Below are positions 13,379 to 27,337 of a stretch of DNA of 64,000 bases, piece by piece. Position numbers and translations under genes: made by a program. Under the pieces are notes generated by a model, which saw nothing but the letters and a program-made list of their open reading frames with translations, ran no database searches and had not been told where the DNA came from. The stretch is from Octopus vulgaris. Its lineage: Eukaryota. Every line of letters begins with the position of its first letter. The stretch's first letter is position 1. The stretch covers positions 60,264,001 through 60,328,000 of the forward strand of contig OX597825.1 of assembly GCA_951406725.2 (NCBI GenBank), in the 5' to 3' direction.

Positions 13379-13823
13379 AATTCATGGAAAATTCTTAACC
13401 GGCAAAAGATTTCTAAAATGTTTACATCTATGTGAATCATCGTTAATTTAGTAACTAAGTGCTCTTTACTATCGTACAGTTGTAGTTAAGAGTAGTTGGA
13501 GGTCCAGCACACGAGTTTAATGAAGGGGAAAGAATTCGGGAGACTACCGTTCTACGCGTTCTTGCCTCGAACGTTATTTTATTTCTCTAACACTAACTTG
13601 CTCATCTACAGTTGCTCCTGATTTCCGTGTTTCTATCTAATACACGGTAGGATAATAAAATTTCAGAATACTGACCTGCAATGTTACGACTTTTATGTCA
13701 AATACAAAATACAGTATCTGGGGAAACATAGAAACGCATGATAGGTTAGATCTAATATCGATTACACACACATATACACACACTCACGTACAATTTTATA
13801 TATATACATATATATATATATAT

Positions 13824-14423
13824 CATATAAAATCAGTGTACAGTTAAAAACAAAAGAGGTGACCCTAACAGAACAACGTACATACTAGAAGGACAGTCAA
13901 AGTTCAAACCACAGTTAAGAGGAATTTTGAAGGAAATGAAAAATAAAAACATTTACCATATTTTGTTCCCGGATCTAGGTTTCGAACTTTAATTAACAAA
14001 TAAATTTAGTAATTTTGAATGAAGTCGACATAATTATTTGCTGCCGATTAAAAATGCGCTTGTGCGGTTGATTTGAAAAATCATAATATATAAAGATAAG
14101 ACGTGCTATTTTGTCTCATAATTATATGTTAATTTTTGGCGCACCCGCTGATGAGAACTTCACCTAGCAAATTGTTTTATTTGCTAATTAAAGTTCGAAA
14201 TCTTGGTCCGGGAAGAAACTATGGTAAATGTCTATATTTTTCATTCCCTTCGAAATTGCTCTTAACCGAGGTTTGGATTTTGACTGTTCCTTCTAGCATA
14301 TAAGACGTCCTGTGAGGGTCACCTATTTTGTGTACACTAATTTTATATGGAAATATGTTGTCTATTTATTATTTTATACAAGCTGGGCCACTGGTAGAAA
14401 AATATCTATAATTTTCCTACCCT
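13824..14423 (+). mobile_element. Non-autonomous PLE-like element with inverted pLTR arms between TA-rich tracts
   Basis: Diverged ~180-bp inverted repeat at 13824-14004 / 14176-14349. The right arm overlaps an HHR; the left arm carries its antisense 3' half. Confidence 0.75.
14144..14212 (+). ncRNA. Type I hammerhead ribozyme
   Basis: Stem I cccg/cggg; CTGATGA at 14148-14154; stem II gaactt/aagttc with an inner tagcaaat/atttgcta hairpin; GAAA at 14197-14200; weak stem III; GUC cleavage after 14208. Confidence 0.8.
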
Positions 14424-15576
14424 GTATATATTTCTTAATACACACACTCACACACACATATATATATATATATATTCATTGTTATACATGTGTATGTAAA
14501 CTTGCACATTCACACACACTCAAATATATGTATCACCTATAATCCTTTTCATTGTAAATATATATATGCAGGCGTAAATACACGTATATAAATATATATA
14601 AAAAGTAATTCTCGTTTTCTTTATCGTTGTTACAGCATGTGAAAATTGTTCCTTTTCTTCGAATATTGTGAGAAAATGTCACTTACAATCATGACGATTT
14701 AATTTTTGAAGGGATTTATAAAACAAAAAGGAACTAAATCTATATAGATGTAAATAAATAAATGGAATTGTGTAAATAAAGAAAGGGGTCTCTAAATTAA
14801 GTACTTTTTCGTTGAACTAGTTCAATCGTGAAGATAACTTTTGACCAGGAAATTTCTTTTATTTGAGCCTAAACTCGACTTAAACTTTGTTTACAAGGAG
14901 CAGTTATATATTTGATAATGTGAAAATGATTTGAAAGTTAAGACAAATATGTCAGAAACTAAACTATGCCTATTATAAACGAAAAGGAGAAGAATAAAAA
15001 AATACGTATTGTATTTTTGTTAAATAATAAAGAAAAATAAAGAGATTATATAATGGCTTTATATCCTAAATTTAAAATTGTTTTAATGCTTATCTAGCAA
15101 TAAATAACCGACAGAAGCATTGTTTATTACACAGTCTACAGTTTATATAACCTTAAAAATAGAAACGAATACATGAAAACGTAGATTCAAATGGTTTTTG
15201 AACAAATAAAATGTTGAAATTTATTCTGTTTATTGATTAAAGTAAGGAGAGAATTGCTGCCCGTTTAGCTAAAAAAAGCGATACTATATGGTCAATATTT
15301 ATATATTTAAACAAAATGTTTCTATATGATTAATTTTAACAGAGTGTTCCTTGTCTTAAATATTTATCTTTTTCTAAGTAACACGAAACTATGAAGTTAG
15401 ATGAATAATATTGGCTTTCAGATTTATCGAAATATAGAGAAGAATATTTTTTTCCGGAATATTTTTCCCGCTATGTGAATATTGATAGGTGGCTCTGTAT
15501 GTATGTGTGTTCGTGATGCATGTATATATATATGCACATACATATATATGCATATAATTATATATATAAAATAGCA

Positions 15577-15591
15577 CTGCTGCTGCTGCTG

Positions 15592-15625
<34 letters not shown>

Positions 15626-15740
15626 CACTACTACTACTACAACAACAACAACAACTACTACTACTACTACTACTATTGATTATGATGATGTTGGTAATAA
15701 TATCAACAACAAAAACAACAACAACAATAATAATAATAAT
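15577..15740. repeat. Compound trinucleotide microsatellite (CTG)(CTA)(CAA)(ATG)(AAT)
   Basis: Directly visible. Confidence 0.95.
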
Positions 15741-16298
15741 ACCATACAGTGGCTATGCTCTGATGCAGTATCAAACAGTGGCTCTCATGGCTTCTGATTT
15801 TAAATGATTGGAAGTGTAATCATGTGCATTATTTTATCATGGGCTACAACAAATATTCAGCTCAATACCACAGATTTTCTCGTCATTTGTTTGACCTTAA
15901 CCAGTTGAGCATGTCCCTTAGCGACTGACGATATGTGCATCTCTGACCACGAGGGGAAGTAGTGGGGACCATCATAGCCGTGTGTTGAAAATAATTCTTA
16001 GACGTTTGGATAATTCACCTCTGGAAACATGGGTGGTTTATTCAACATCCTTAAGCAATCCTTGTTTAGGGACCTTTTGAGCGAGATGGGCTACTCGACC
16101 AGAGGAAAATTCTAACTGGGCCCCACCTGCAAGGTCATGTGCTGTTTATCTTGATATGAGATCACCATGTCGCGCACATATGGTTGTGATGCATGTGCCT
16201 GTTGTACCCTTATCAGAAGGATAATCATGATGGGTATACAGGGCTTCATATATTTAACCCCAGTGACATTTTGATGGCATGCACTGCTCTCGCACTCC
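15741..16298. mobile_element. ~555-bp non-coding interspersed element flanked by (TAA)n
   Basis: Clearly homologous to 48350-48787; both copies are bounded by AAT repeats. Confidence 0.8.
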
Positions 16299-16348
<50 letters not shown>

Positions 16349-17410
16349 TTTAGCTCTATACCAATGTATACAATGAGTTTCTTTGACCTAGGAGTCAGGA
16401 AGACACTCGGCAAGAAATGGAAGCAAATTTGAAAGAAGTAGAAAAAAAATAATAATAATAATAGCCACAATAATTATTATCCTTTTTATTGTTATAAGTT
16501 GATGAGCTGGCAGAATTGATTATTACATAAGACAAAAATGCTAAGCCGAATTTCTTCCAGAACTTCATATTCTGAGTTCAAATTATGTCGTGTTCGAATT
16601 TGCAGCTGATATTTTAGCTCTATATTTTCAGTACTGGTGGTTTTGCCACACTTGGCTCACGCTTGCTTGTTTGGTTCGTGAGCGTATAGGATCGCCTCTG
16701 CCTTTATATATCAGTATCTGTTTTAAACAGTAGTACACTTTTGTTCTATCGTGTGTGACAATCCTTTCAAAGTACAACGCGGATATTTCTCATATAATGA
16801 TTTTGACATATCTCTTAGATGGAAGAAGTATGTTTTCTTCTTGTTCACAAACTTTCGTCTATCAACTAACTGAAGGATACCAAAGGTGCTCTTTAATTGT
16901 GTTAAATCAAATATTCGAAAAATAATCATCGTATACCAAATTTCGACCAATAGGCGGATAGGGAAGTTAAACATCTACAAGGCTCATATACAGCAAATCG
17001 TCGATCACTCACAGACATTTTTATCGAAAACCAAGTCTTAGGCACCAGCACCTTATTTTGTGTCTTAAGCTCATCATCTCTAATGATTCGAATTTGACTT
17101 GGGGACAACTTACTTATACAGGTAAAATGCCACCTGTGTGTTTGCGATCGTGGATCACTCGAGCCTAGATCTTCTTCAGGTTTGGAACCTAGGTCATCTA
17201 AATCATCTAAGTCTACAGTTCGACCGTGTTACATGGGATCAAAAATGGATGTTTTACAGGAAACGAGTATTGAAGTGTTCTTCATTTGCTGTGCGCTACA
17301 TAGAGTCATTTGGAGGAACAACATTGGTGATCTTAGTATTATTTTATAGACGTCGACCTCAGCAGAGTGCTACTAAGTGTAATATACAATTTGAAACATT
17401 TGTAATCATA

Positions 17411-17575
17411 GGCGCAGGAGTGGCTGTGTAGTAAGTAGATTGCTTACCAAGCACATGGTTCCGGGCTCAGTCCCACTGCGTGGCACCTTAGCATAGTGTC
17501 TTCTACAATAGCCTCGGGCCGACCAAAGCCGCCTTGTGAGTGGATTTGTTAGACAGAAACTGAAAGAAGCCTGTC

Positions 17576-17614
<39 letters not shown>

Positions 17615-17830
17615 CGTGTGTATATGTTTGTGTGTCTGTGTTTGTCCCCCGAACATCGCTTGACCAGCGATGATGGTGTGTTTACGTCTCTGTAATCTAG
17701 CGGTTCGGCAAAAGAGACCGATAGAATAAGTACTACGCTTATAAAAATAAGTCCTGGGGTCTATTTGCTCGACTAAAGGTGGTGCTCCTGCATGACCACA
17801 GTCAAATGTCTGAAACAAGTAAATGAATAG
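17411..17830 (+). mobile_element. Full-length SINE family B
   Basis: ggcgcaggagtggctgtgtagtaagtag head, internal (TA)n, gaaacaagtaaa tail. Confidence 0.9.
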
Positions 17831-18368
17831 TCTTATGTAGAATAACAGAAAAGAGGTGTCAAGATGTCAAGGTCTCTAGAAGAACGGAGAAAATGATAAA
17901 GATTGTAAATAAATAAATAACTAATAAGTCGAAAAGATTATTCCAGAATAGTTGGAGCATTTTGTATTTGGCGTAACGAATGAAAAGGACAAAGGACGAT
18001 AATGACTGAAAATGCAGGAAACACACCAGTTAATGATGTAGATTAATAAATATACATAAGTTAGAGAATATCGGTACGCCTATCAAACTGGGATTTTTGA
18101 GAGCATGCGGATTGATCAAAAAGGTATTCTAAAAATTCGGCTGTTTGGAGCGTTCTATGAGAAACTAGAATTATCAAGAACTCGACTGTCAGTTAAACGC
18201 ATTTGAAATATGGTGAGTACACTATATATGAAAGCGTTGATTTTGTTAAAATACTATAACAAAAACATGAAAACTGGACTGTTTTAACTTTATTCGACTT
18301 ATGTATATGCATATATACATATATACACGCATGAATAAGTATGTATATACATATGTATGTATACATAT

Positions 18369-18594
18369 GCGAGCTGGCTGAAACGTTAGCACGCCGGGCG
18401 AAATGTGTAGCCGTATTTCGTCTGCCGTTACGTTCTGAGTTCAAATTCCGTCGAGGTCGATTTGGCCTTTTATCCTTTCGGGGTCGATAAATTAAGTACC
18501 AGTTACGCACTGAGATCGATGTAATCGACTTAATCCGTTTGTCTGTCCTTGTTTGTCCTCTCTGTGTTTAGCCCCTTGTGGGTAGTAAAGAAAT
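18369..18594 (+). mobile_element. SINE family A, tail type A
   Basis: gcgagctggctgaaacgttagcacgccgggcg...gagttcaaattcc...ggggtcgataaattaagtaccag...gccccttgtgggtagtaaagaaat. Confidence 0.9.
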
Positions 18595-19672
18595 ATATAT
18601 TTATGCATATATATATATTTATATATTCATACATGCGTATACATACAACCATATAATTGCACATTTAGCCAGCTCTATACGCCTTACAGATTCATGGGAA
18701 CTAAGAGGCATTTTTAAATTTTAAGTTATATGGAGCGGAGTCAAACTGTATCCAGAAAGGTCCATCGGTGTGAAAGACCAATTATAATTTCAAATGACGT
18801 AACACCGTCAGTTTGCAGCTAATATATATTGAATTTTAAACTTCTATAATTAGATATTGTTATTAATATTCAGTAAGGGTTCTTTGAAATTTAGCAAACA
18901 AATTGCACCGTATACGCATTACTGACGCACTATATACCAATTTAAAAAAGCAAAACGTGACAAATAGTTCATACCGTTTTGCTAATGCGTTGAGAAGAAA
19001 ATAATATATATACAGAAAAAAAATACAGATCACAACTTTAGTAATTGAAGAATATAAACTTTTAGAATATTCCACTGAATTGCATGCAATTTATCTGCAG
19101 TGCTTTTAAAACAGTTTATTATTCTGATTGATTGGAGCAAATTCTTTAAAAAGACTGACATTTTATTCATTTAAATGAGATATTTGCAACGTGTGTTTAA
19201 TTTACTAGCATCAATTATTTTCTCGAATCAGCAATTAGTTTGATAAGAACGTCTTGAGCCGAAACTACGCAAAACGAATGATTATATATACATATATATA
19301 TATATATACATTTATAGAGAGATAGATAAAAATATATATGAGTGTATATGTAATTGTTGGTGTGCGTGTGTTTGTCTCTGTACACGCACATACAAACAGA
19401 TACAAGCACACTTACATATACATGTACATATAAATGTATATATACATGTATATAGATAGATATGTTGCATATGTACACACGCGCGCGTGTATGTCGCAGT
19501 TTTTGGCACATGACCTTATTACTTTAGAAAAAGGCGCCTGATAAAACGATTTACACGATGGCCAGACTCTTCATGCATTTAGGTTTTCTTCATCATTTCT
19601 TATCAAAACGAAACGACAGGTAGAAATAAAAATTAAATGCAAAAGAAAGAGAAATGATTTCGCCGAATCAGC

Positions 19673-19726
<54 letters not shown>

Positions 19727-20384
19727 CGGCAGAGAGAGAGATAGGCCAAAACACATCCAGTAGATACTTACAGCACTATCTGTGCCAAGAAACTGATAAA
19801 TAATCAGACCTCAGGCAGAATGTACAGTAAGAAGTCAAGCGTAATGATGATGAAACCACCTGTTCAGACATAGATAGTGTTCCAGTGATAGGAAAGTTTA
19901 AAAAAAAAATTATATGAATGTGTAAAAGCATGTGAAAATGTCTGTGCAAATACATACACGAATGTAGCTGGGTGCATGTATCTCATTGTTTGTGTATGAG
20001 GAGGTGTCTAGTAATTGGTTATAGAGTGGAAGTAATTGTCTGGTGATAAGGTATCATTACAAAATTTTCAGCTTCGAGCAACTTCTAACACCTTCAGATA
20101 GTAGCTGCCTTGGATAATGGCGACGGATCGAATAATTTACGAAGTTAACAATGCAGTCGGCCATATTGACAGAAAAATATTTCAAACTCTGTTAAAGAAC
20201 AATTATCAAACTAATGATGTCAATGAATGAGAAAATAACAATAAAATCAAATAAAGTGCATATATGTATGTTTATGTGTGTGTGCGTTTCTATGTTTGTT
20301 TGTATGCATGTATGTATGTATATGTATGTGTCTATGAATGTACGTATGTGTAAACATATATACATAATATATGCGCATCTCTTA

Positions 20385-20826
20385 TCGTTTAATTGTTTCA
20401 GTTATTAGATTGCGGTCATGCAGGGGCAACGCCTTGAAGAATTTTAAGTCGAATTAATCGACCCCAATAACTTTCTGGTACTTAATCTATCGATCGCTTA
20501 TGTCGAACCGCTAAGTTGCGAGTATGTAAACATACCAATACCGCTTATCAAGTCGTCGTGGGGGGATATACATAGAAACAAAGACACAAACACAAAAACA
20601 CGCACACCCACAAACACGTATACACACAAAAACGCCCACACACAAACACACACGTACGCACATATATATAAGATGGGGCTTCTTTCAGTTTCCATCTACC
20701 AAATTCACTAACATGGCTTTGGTCGACCCGAGGTTATAGTAGGACACAGTGTGGTTTTCACGAAGTGGGATTGAACCCGAATCCATGTTGATGGGAAGCA
20801 AGTTTCTCACCACACCGCCACGTCTG
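20385..20826 (-). mobile_element. Decayed SINE family B
   Basis: Reverse-complement match to family B (ttctttcagtttccatctaccaaattcac; gaaccgctaagtt). Confidence 0.75.
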
Positions 20827-20900
20827 TATACATATAAATACATATATATATATATATATATATATGTGTACATATATATACATGTATATATATGTATGTA

Positions 20901-20977
<77 letters not shown>

Positions 20978-21096
20978 ATACATGTATATATATCTGTATA
21001 TATAAAAGGCAGGATATGTGTGTGTGTTGCCCAGTAAATGGTGTCGTGAATAAAAAAATAATTAATAGCGACTGCTATGATCTTGCTGGAAGTCCG

Positions 21097-21139
21097 TCCC
21101 TGAAAATCCCGAGGAAGGGTGAAATCACGTGTTGTGGGA
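21097..21139 (+). ncRNA. Degenerate hammerhead-like motif in a PLE-like remnant
   Basis: CTGAAAA (G8>A), t-ccc...ggg-t stem II, GAAA, near-palindromic cacgtg stem III. Confidence 0.35.
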
Positions 21140-21308
21140 TAAGGTTATCGCCTCTGTACTCTGTATTCTAGCAAAACATCGTCATTAAGTGGGAGATATA
21201 TATTAACTTTCGGTGTTTATACTGCTTTCTTTTTGCTATTATTGTTTAATAATCCCACGCGCTGAATGCAACACTCATGCTTGAATAGACACTGATATAT
21301 TATATATC

Positions 21309-21596
21309 GGAGGTGCAATGGCCCAGTGGTTAGGGCAGCGGACTCGCGGTCGTAGGATCGCAGTTTCGATTCCCAGACCCGGCATTGTGAGTGTTTATAG
21401 AGCGACAACACCTAAAGCTCTATAGCGATCCCTACTGTACACTTTCGCCACAACTTTCCCTCACTCTTTCTTCTGTTGGTCTGCTCGCTTAGCCAGCGGG
21501 GTGGCGTCATTTGACGGCTAAAACAATGCGAAGCGCATTGTGACCAGCGATGTGTTGCAACATCTGATAGCCTGGTCGGTCACGGTGATCACGGTG
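21309..21596 (+). mobile_element. SINE family C, tail 2
   Basis: Same head as 12987 but a different 3' tail ending (cacggtgat)2. 12-bp TSD atattatatatc at 21297-21308 and 21597-21608. Confidence 0.88.
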
Positions 21597-22515
21597 ATAT
21601 TATATATCACTGACGGGGTAATCGGAAGCTCACTCCGCTGGATATCTATCATTAACAAGCCAAATGAAGATCAAAAACGCAAGATCTGGTATTTTCAGCG
21701 GTCGTAGCAGACGTATAATGCCCGTGAACCAAATAAATACGAGGGCTTTTATGCACCATGATTTGATACCAGAGATACACTCATGGTAGATAACACAATG
21801 GTCTGTTCCGACGCAACATCGACTTTGAGAGGGAGACAAATGTTTATTTCTCACTTTTGGTGTTTAAACTGCTTCTAACGCTATTAATTATGAGCATATC
21901 TACACACGAATGCGCATGCTGCTATGTATATTTATCAGTATAAATCAGCGAAAGCACAGAGACCATGTTGGAAACCAAATTCAAAGGTTTTACTCGAATA
22001 AAATACCATAGTATTTCTCTTATGGTTAAAGACTAGGGAGGTAAAAATAGCAACACAAATTGTCATGGGCCGGGGACAAACTCAAAGACACACACGCTTG
22101 CTGCATTTTTCCATACAGTTTTCAGTCTAATTCAATCGCAAAGGATTACCCATTCCGAAGAAGTGTGAAATACTAGCACAATGTGCGTAATAGTAGAACA
22201 TAAAACACCAAGATACTGCGAAATGAAATTCATTTCCATACTGCTACCCATACATACATGTATGTATACACTCTCTCACGTATACGTACATTCATATCTA
22301 CATACATAAATACATACATAGTGATAAATATAAAAAAACTATAAATGAAAATGAACTAACATCTCTCTCGCACTGTATGTATATATATGTATTTATGTAT
22401 TTATGTGTGTGTGTGTGTGCATATATGTATGATTGTGTGTATGTATGTATATATGTATGTGTGTATGTATGTATGTATCTATCAATCAATCAATGTATCA
22501 AGCGAGCTAGCTCGC

Positions 22516-22519
22516 TATG

Positions 22520-22581
<62 letters not shown>

Positions 22582-22737
22582 TATATACATATATATACAT
22601 ATATATGTATATATATGTATACACTCATATTTATTAATATATTTCTATAAATTATATGCGCACGCACACGTACGCATATACAGGGATACATTTATATTTA
22701 CAGGGATGCATACATACATGTGTATATATATATATAG

Positions 22738-22814
<77 letters not shown>

Positions 22815-22830
22815 CATACATATAGATATA
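22516..22830. repeat. (TA)n, (GATA)n and (CATA)n microsatellites
   Basis: Directly visible. Confidence 0.9.
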
Positions 22831-24639
22831 TGGATATCTATGCATTTGATTAGACGTGTATTCGTACGTGAATATACCTACAAGCACATACATGAGATTT
22901 CATACCTATATGCATACAGACATACCTACACTTTTATTAGTATATAGATAAATTTCCGCACGAAAATAAATCCAGCCCTGTTTAATACAGTTTTATTTGA
23001 TAGGCAGCAGTTCGACACATTGTAATAAGTAGCTTTCACAGCAATTTAGTCCAACGAAATATTGTAATTGGCGTGATAACCCCTTCAACGTTATGATTTA
23101 TTTTGACAGCTGCATGTCAAGTGTTCCTACTTCCATCGCTTGGTCTTAATTGAAATATAGACAACTAAAGAACATCGCAGCATTTCGTCCACATTTACAG
23201 GGTGAAAATTTTAGGCCGGCTGTGCGCGGATTAACAAATTTCTGTCATTCAACGACGCTGTATTTCGTACAAATTATGAAAGGCACATCCTGCCAAGCGT
23301 TTTTTCTATTCTTATTAAAATATCTCTGCTGAAATTGGTTTATGATTCAGCGACAACTATCGATCGCATCTTTCATTGCACCATTAGAAATCATAATTTA
23401 TTCATCGAATGATATAAAACCTATGATATTTCTTTCCCATACTAATTAGTAAAGTACACGCTAAGTAATAACTGAAGTTCCTCCAAGTTAGAGGATCAAG
23501 TATGAATTCCGTTTTCATTATCTGTTGTCGCATAACACTTTTAAAATCGAACCTTGTAACCAATGAAATATCATATATTATGTGAACAATAGTGTATATT
23601 TAAATGCGTATAGCTCTGACAGCGACATTGGAGCATGTTGTTCTTTTATGTCTAAAAACTTGCTTATATACTACCATTTTGAACATACATTTTAGAAGAA
23701 TGCACAAGGCCGGAGTTGCTGAGATCCTTGATAAGTTTCACTATGTTTGTGGCAAATTGTTTCAAACTAATCGAAAGCAAGGTTGTTATCTGATAAACTT
23801 ACAGCGGAGAAGCTACGAATTCTGATATAGACATGTATATCTACGTTAATGACGTGTTTTTAATCTTTCTAAATCATTAACAAGCTAATGATACAGACTC
23901 TACATAGACATCTCACATCTTTCCAACTACTAGAATAACATCCAAATGAAATTTAAATCGCATTATACTGCATTCTTCAATGACTTAAGGAAATGAGATT
24001 TACAATATTGCTACAAAGATATCCTAATATTTGACTACACTTCTTGCTCATTTAAGAAGTTTAAATGTGAACAATATTTGTGTATTTCTCATGTACTGTA
24101 TATGGTACAATGATACTTCTGAACATGAACTTTATCTGAAATAGTGAGAAATAATAGTTTGCTAATACGCTACAAAACTTGGACAAATGTTCGGGTGTCT
24201 TTTCTGAGCTTATGTAGCTTCTTCAAAGATTTCCAATTCTATGAACACGTAAACCTGGAAATTACACACAATATGAGCTCCGTTACACCAGACGCAAACA
24301 TATTTATATTATTGTCTTATCAATGTATTATCCATCCCATGGAACCTATACACTGTATTTTGCTCTGCTATTGAGTTGTGAAGTTGTAGCTATTTCGAAA
24401 TCTCTACTGACCCATGTCATTTTCATTTTTTGCGAAAGAACAGCTATAGTCCTGACAATCTCGGCACTACAAAATAGCTGCTTCTATGCAGCTGATATTT
24501 TCATTTCCATATTTACTGACAAAGCGATAGGTAGGAAAAATACATATTGAGTCCGTTATGGAGTAGCTATGTTTTCAGTGGCTGGGTTACAAGTAGACAA
24601 AGTCGAAGTTCTTATGGAAGCAAACTATACACAAAAAAT

Positions 24640-24800
24640 GGCTCTAAACAATATAAAAGGCTAAGATCTCTAGGCATTATATGAGTAGGCAAAACCTTGA
24701 ACACTGATATATGACAAAATGAAAGAAAGAAATCTGAGAATATAAGAGAAAGCGTACAATGGTCTTGTCAGTTGGCTAGCGAAGAGCACTTTCTAAAATA
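24640..24800 (+). mobile_element. Possible decayed RTE/RTEX LINE C-terminal fragment
   Basis: With frameshifts it reads RLRSLGHYMSRQNLEH..., resembling LxFLGHIMRRExLEH. Confidence 0.35.
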
Positions 24801-25577
24801 GTTGTATGAGGAAGGTGGAAGGATAGGTTCATAATCACTAAAGCTTTTGGATGTTACGTGGTTGGTGAAATTGAGAAAAGCACAAGGAACCAGAAGCGGG
24901 GGAACTGGATAACCCTGGATGCAAACTATATATTTAGTTTAAAAGAGCATGACTACTGAACGTTGTAGCAGTAATAACTAGGTGAAAATTGAGTAAATTT
25001 AGCTTGAAGCTATTGAGTGCAGTTTGTTAATTTGTGGAAAACTCAACTCTCACATCAATGAGATAACTGTACAGACAATCATTACATGAATAATAGTCTT
25101 ACGTAAGTTCAACAATTGTCTGTGCGGTACCGCATTTGTAGCAAGATGATTGTGTTGTTCCTGATTAAAGGCGATCACTCACAAGCTCATTGTAAAAAAA
25201 ATTAAATTCAGTAATAAATGAATTGAAAATATGATGATGATATATAGAAAATATATGTAATATGCTTACAATATATCACAGTGATAAATGGGAATATATT
25301 AATATTATAAAATGCCTACTTCAAAGGCAAGCGGTTAAATATTTAATTGATTTAATTAATTAATGAGATACATGCGTATATATTAAACTCTGATATTTGA
25401 AAATAAATATCACGAACGTGGTCGGTATGATGAGAGGAAACAGTGAGAGAGAGGGAGCGAGAAAGAGAGAGATAAAAAGAGAGAGTTGTATAGGGGAAGA
25501 GAGAGAGAGGGAGAGAGAGAGAGAGAGAGAAAGACCTAAGTAAAATACGCGCACAGTTAAACATTTTAATATACAGG

Positions 25578-25780
25578 AAGGTGGCGAGTTGGTAAATGCG
25601 TTGGCATGCCGGGAAAAAGCTTGGCGGCATTTCATCCTTCTTTACGTTATGAGTTCGAATTTTACCAAGACTGATTTGCCTTTCACCCTTTCGTGGTCAA
25701 TGAAATATACACTAGTTGAGCATAGGACTCAGTATATCCAACTCACCCAAATTACTGGCCTAGTACTAATATTTGAAAGT
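25578..25780 (+). mobile_element. Decayed SINE family A
   Basis: ggtggcgagttggtaaatgcgttggcatgccggg...gagttcgaat...gcctttcaccctttcg. Confidence 0.7.
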
Positions 25781-25809
25781 AATATACCGGAAAGAGACAC
25801 ACACACACA

Positions 25810-25870
<61 letters not shown>

Positions 25871-26177
25871 CAACGTACGCGCACACGACAAACATACGCA
25901 AACACACACAAATGCATGTATATCATTTAATGCACAGTGTATGAAAATTAGGGCTACAAATATTGAAATATATTCCTGCTATTGATGTACGAGTTCCGGC
26001 AAATTTTTGTAATGTACTTTTGTCAGGTTATAAAAATCTGCCTAACTACGTGTCTCAATGGCAAGAAACTATTAAGTTAACTTTATACAGTATACATTAA
26101 ATGATATTTATCTTTCAAAACGTGGTGTACGCTTTGTTGTTCATCCTACCTTAACGGTAAACAATACATATGTATAA

Positions 26178-26211
<34 letters not shown>

Positions 26212-26414
26212 GCTAATACAACATACATATAATATACGCACTCAAACATACACGCATATTTCTATGAGTACACACACACACACATATATATTGATGTATG
26301 TATAAAGATATATATTGATAGATATATACACTCATATGTACATATCTATATATATATGCATATACACACATATATATATATACACGTGTACATGTATATA
26401 TATATATATATGTT

Positions 26415-26445
<31 letters not shown>

Positions 26446-26976
26446 ATGTATGTATGTATGTATGTGTGAGTGTATCTGTGTTTGTCTGTTGCAGATTAGT
26501 AACTGATGAGAATCCACTATATAAACATATATACTTTCAAAGCAAATATATTATGTAAACCAACATACTATGGCAAGTTAAAAATTATACGTGCCCTTGT
26601 TTCTTTATTTATTAACACAAACGCATTGGCTAAACAGTTATATCATTTTCGGTACACTTCGTCGAGCTGGCCACAAGCTTACTTCCAGCGGAAAGTAGGG
26701 TTTCGGCTGGCTGCGTATCTATTTGTGCATCGCTTCCGCCGCTTCTTGGTCCGTAAGAAATCGACAACCTCATAGCGCAAGTGTGAGCCGTCTAAAGTGG
26801 TGACACTCGGAAGGTGCAAGATCTGAACTATCTACAGGTTGATCAAAAAACTCGAAGCCAAATTGTCAATGGTTTCAAAGGTGAGTGCTGCCATTTGCGG
26901 GCATGCCTTTTATATATAGTTGTGTGCGTGTACACATGTACATGCATAGGAATATATATAGATGTGTATATATGTA

Positions 26977-27056
<80 letters not shown>

Positions 27057-27222
27057 AGAATTTATGAAGGTAAACAAATTACATACATTAAACATATCAA
27101 ATATATTAGATATTAAACAATAGTTTGGGTATGAAACACAAAATATGTATATATGTATACACGCAAAACGAGAGAAGATAAAAGTTGTAGACTTTTTGAT
27201 GATGAATTTTTAAGAATAAATA

Positions 27223-27268
<46 letters not shown>

Positions 27269-27337
27269 TAATAGGTCCAGGTTTAGATAGAGTTCAAATG
27301 ACAGAGAAAATTAAAGAGTAGACGAAAGATGTTATAT

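Noticed and set aside
16630-17380. Possible coding or TE remnant
   Set aside because: Short ORFs with no recognisable motifs.
26503-26545. CTGATGA motif
   Set aside because: No GAAA or stems in register.
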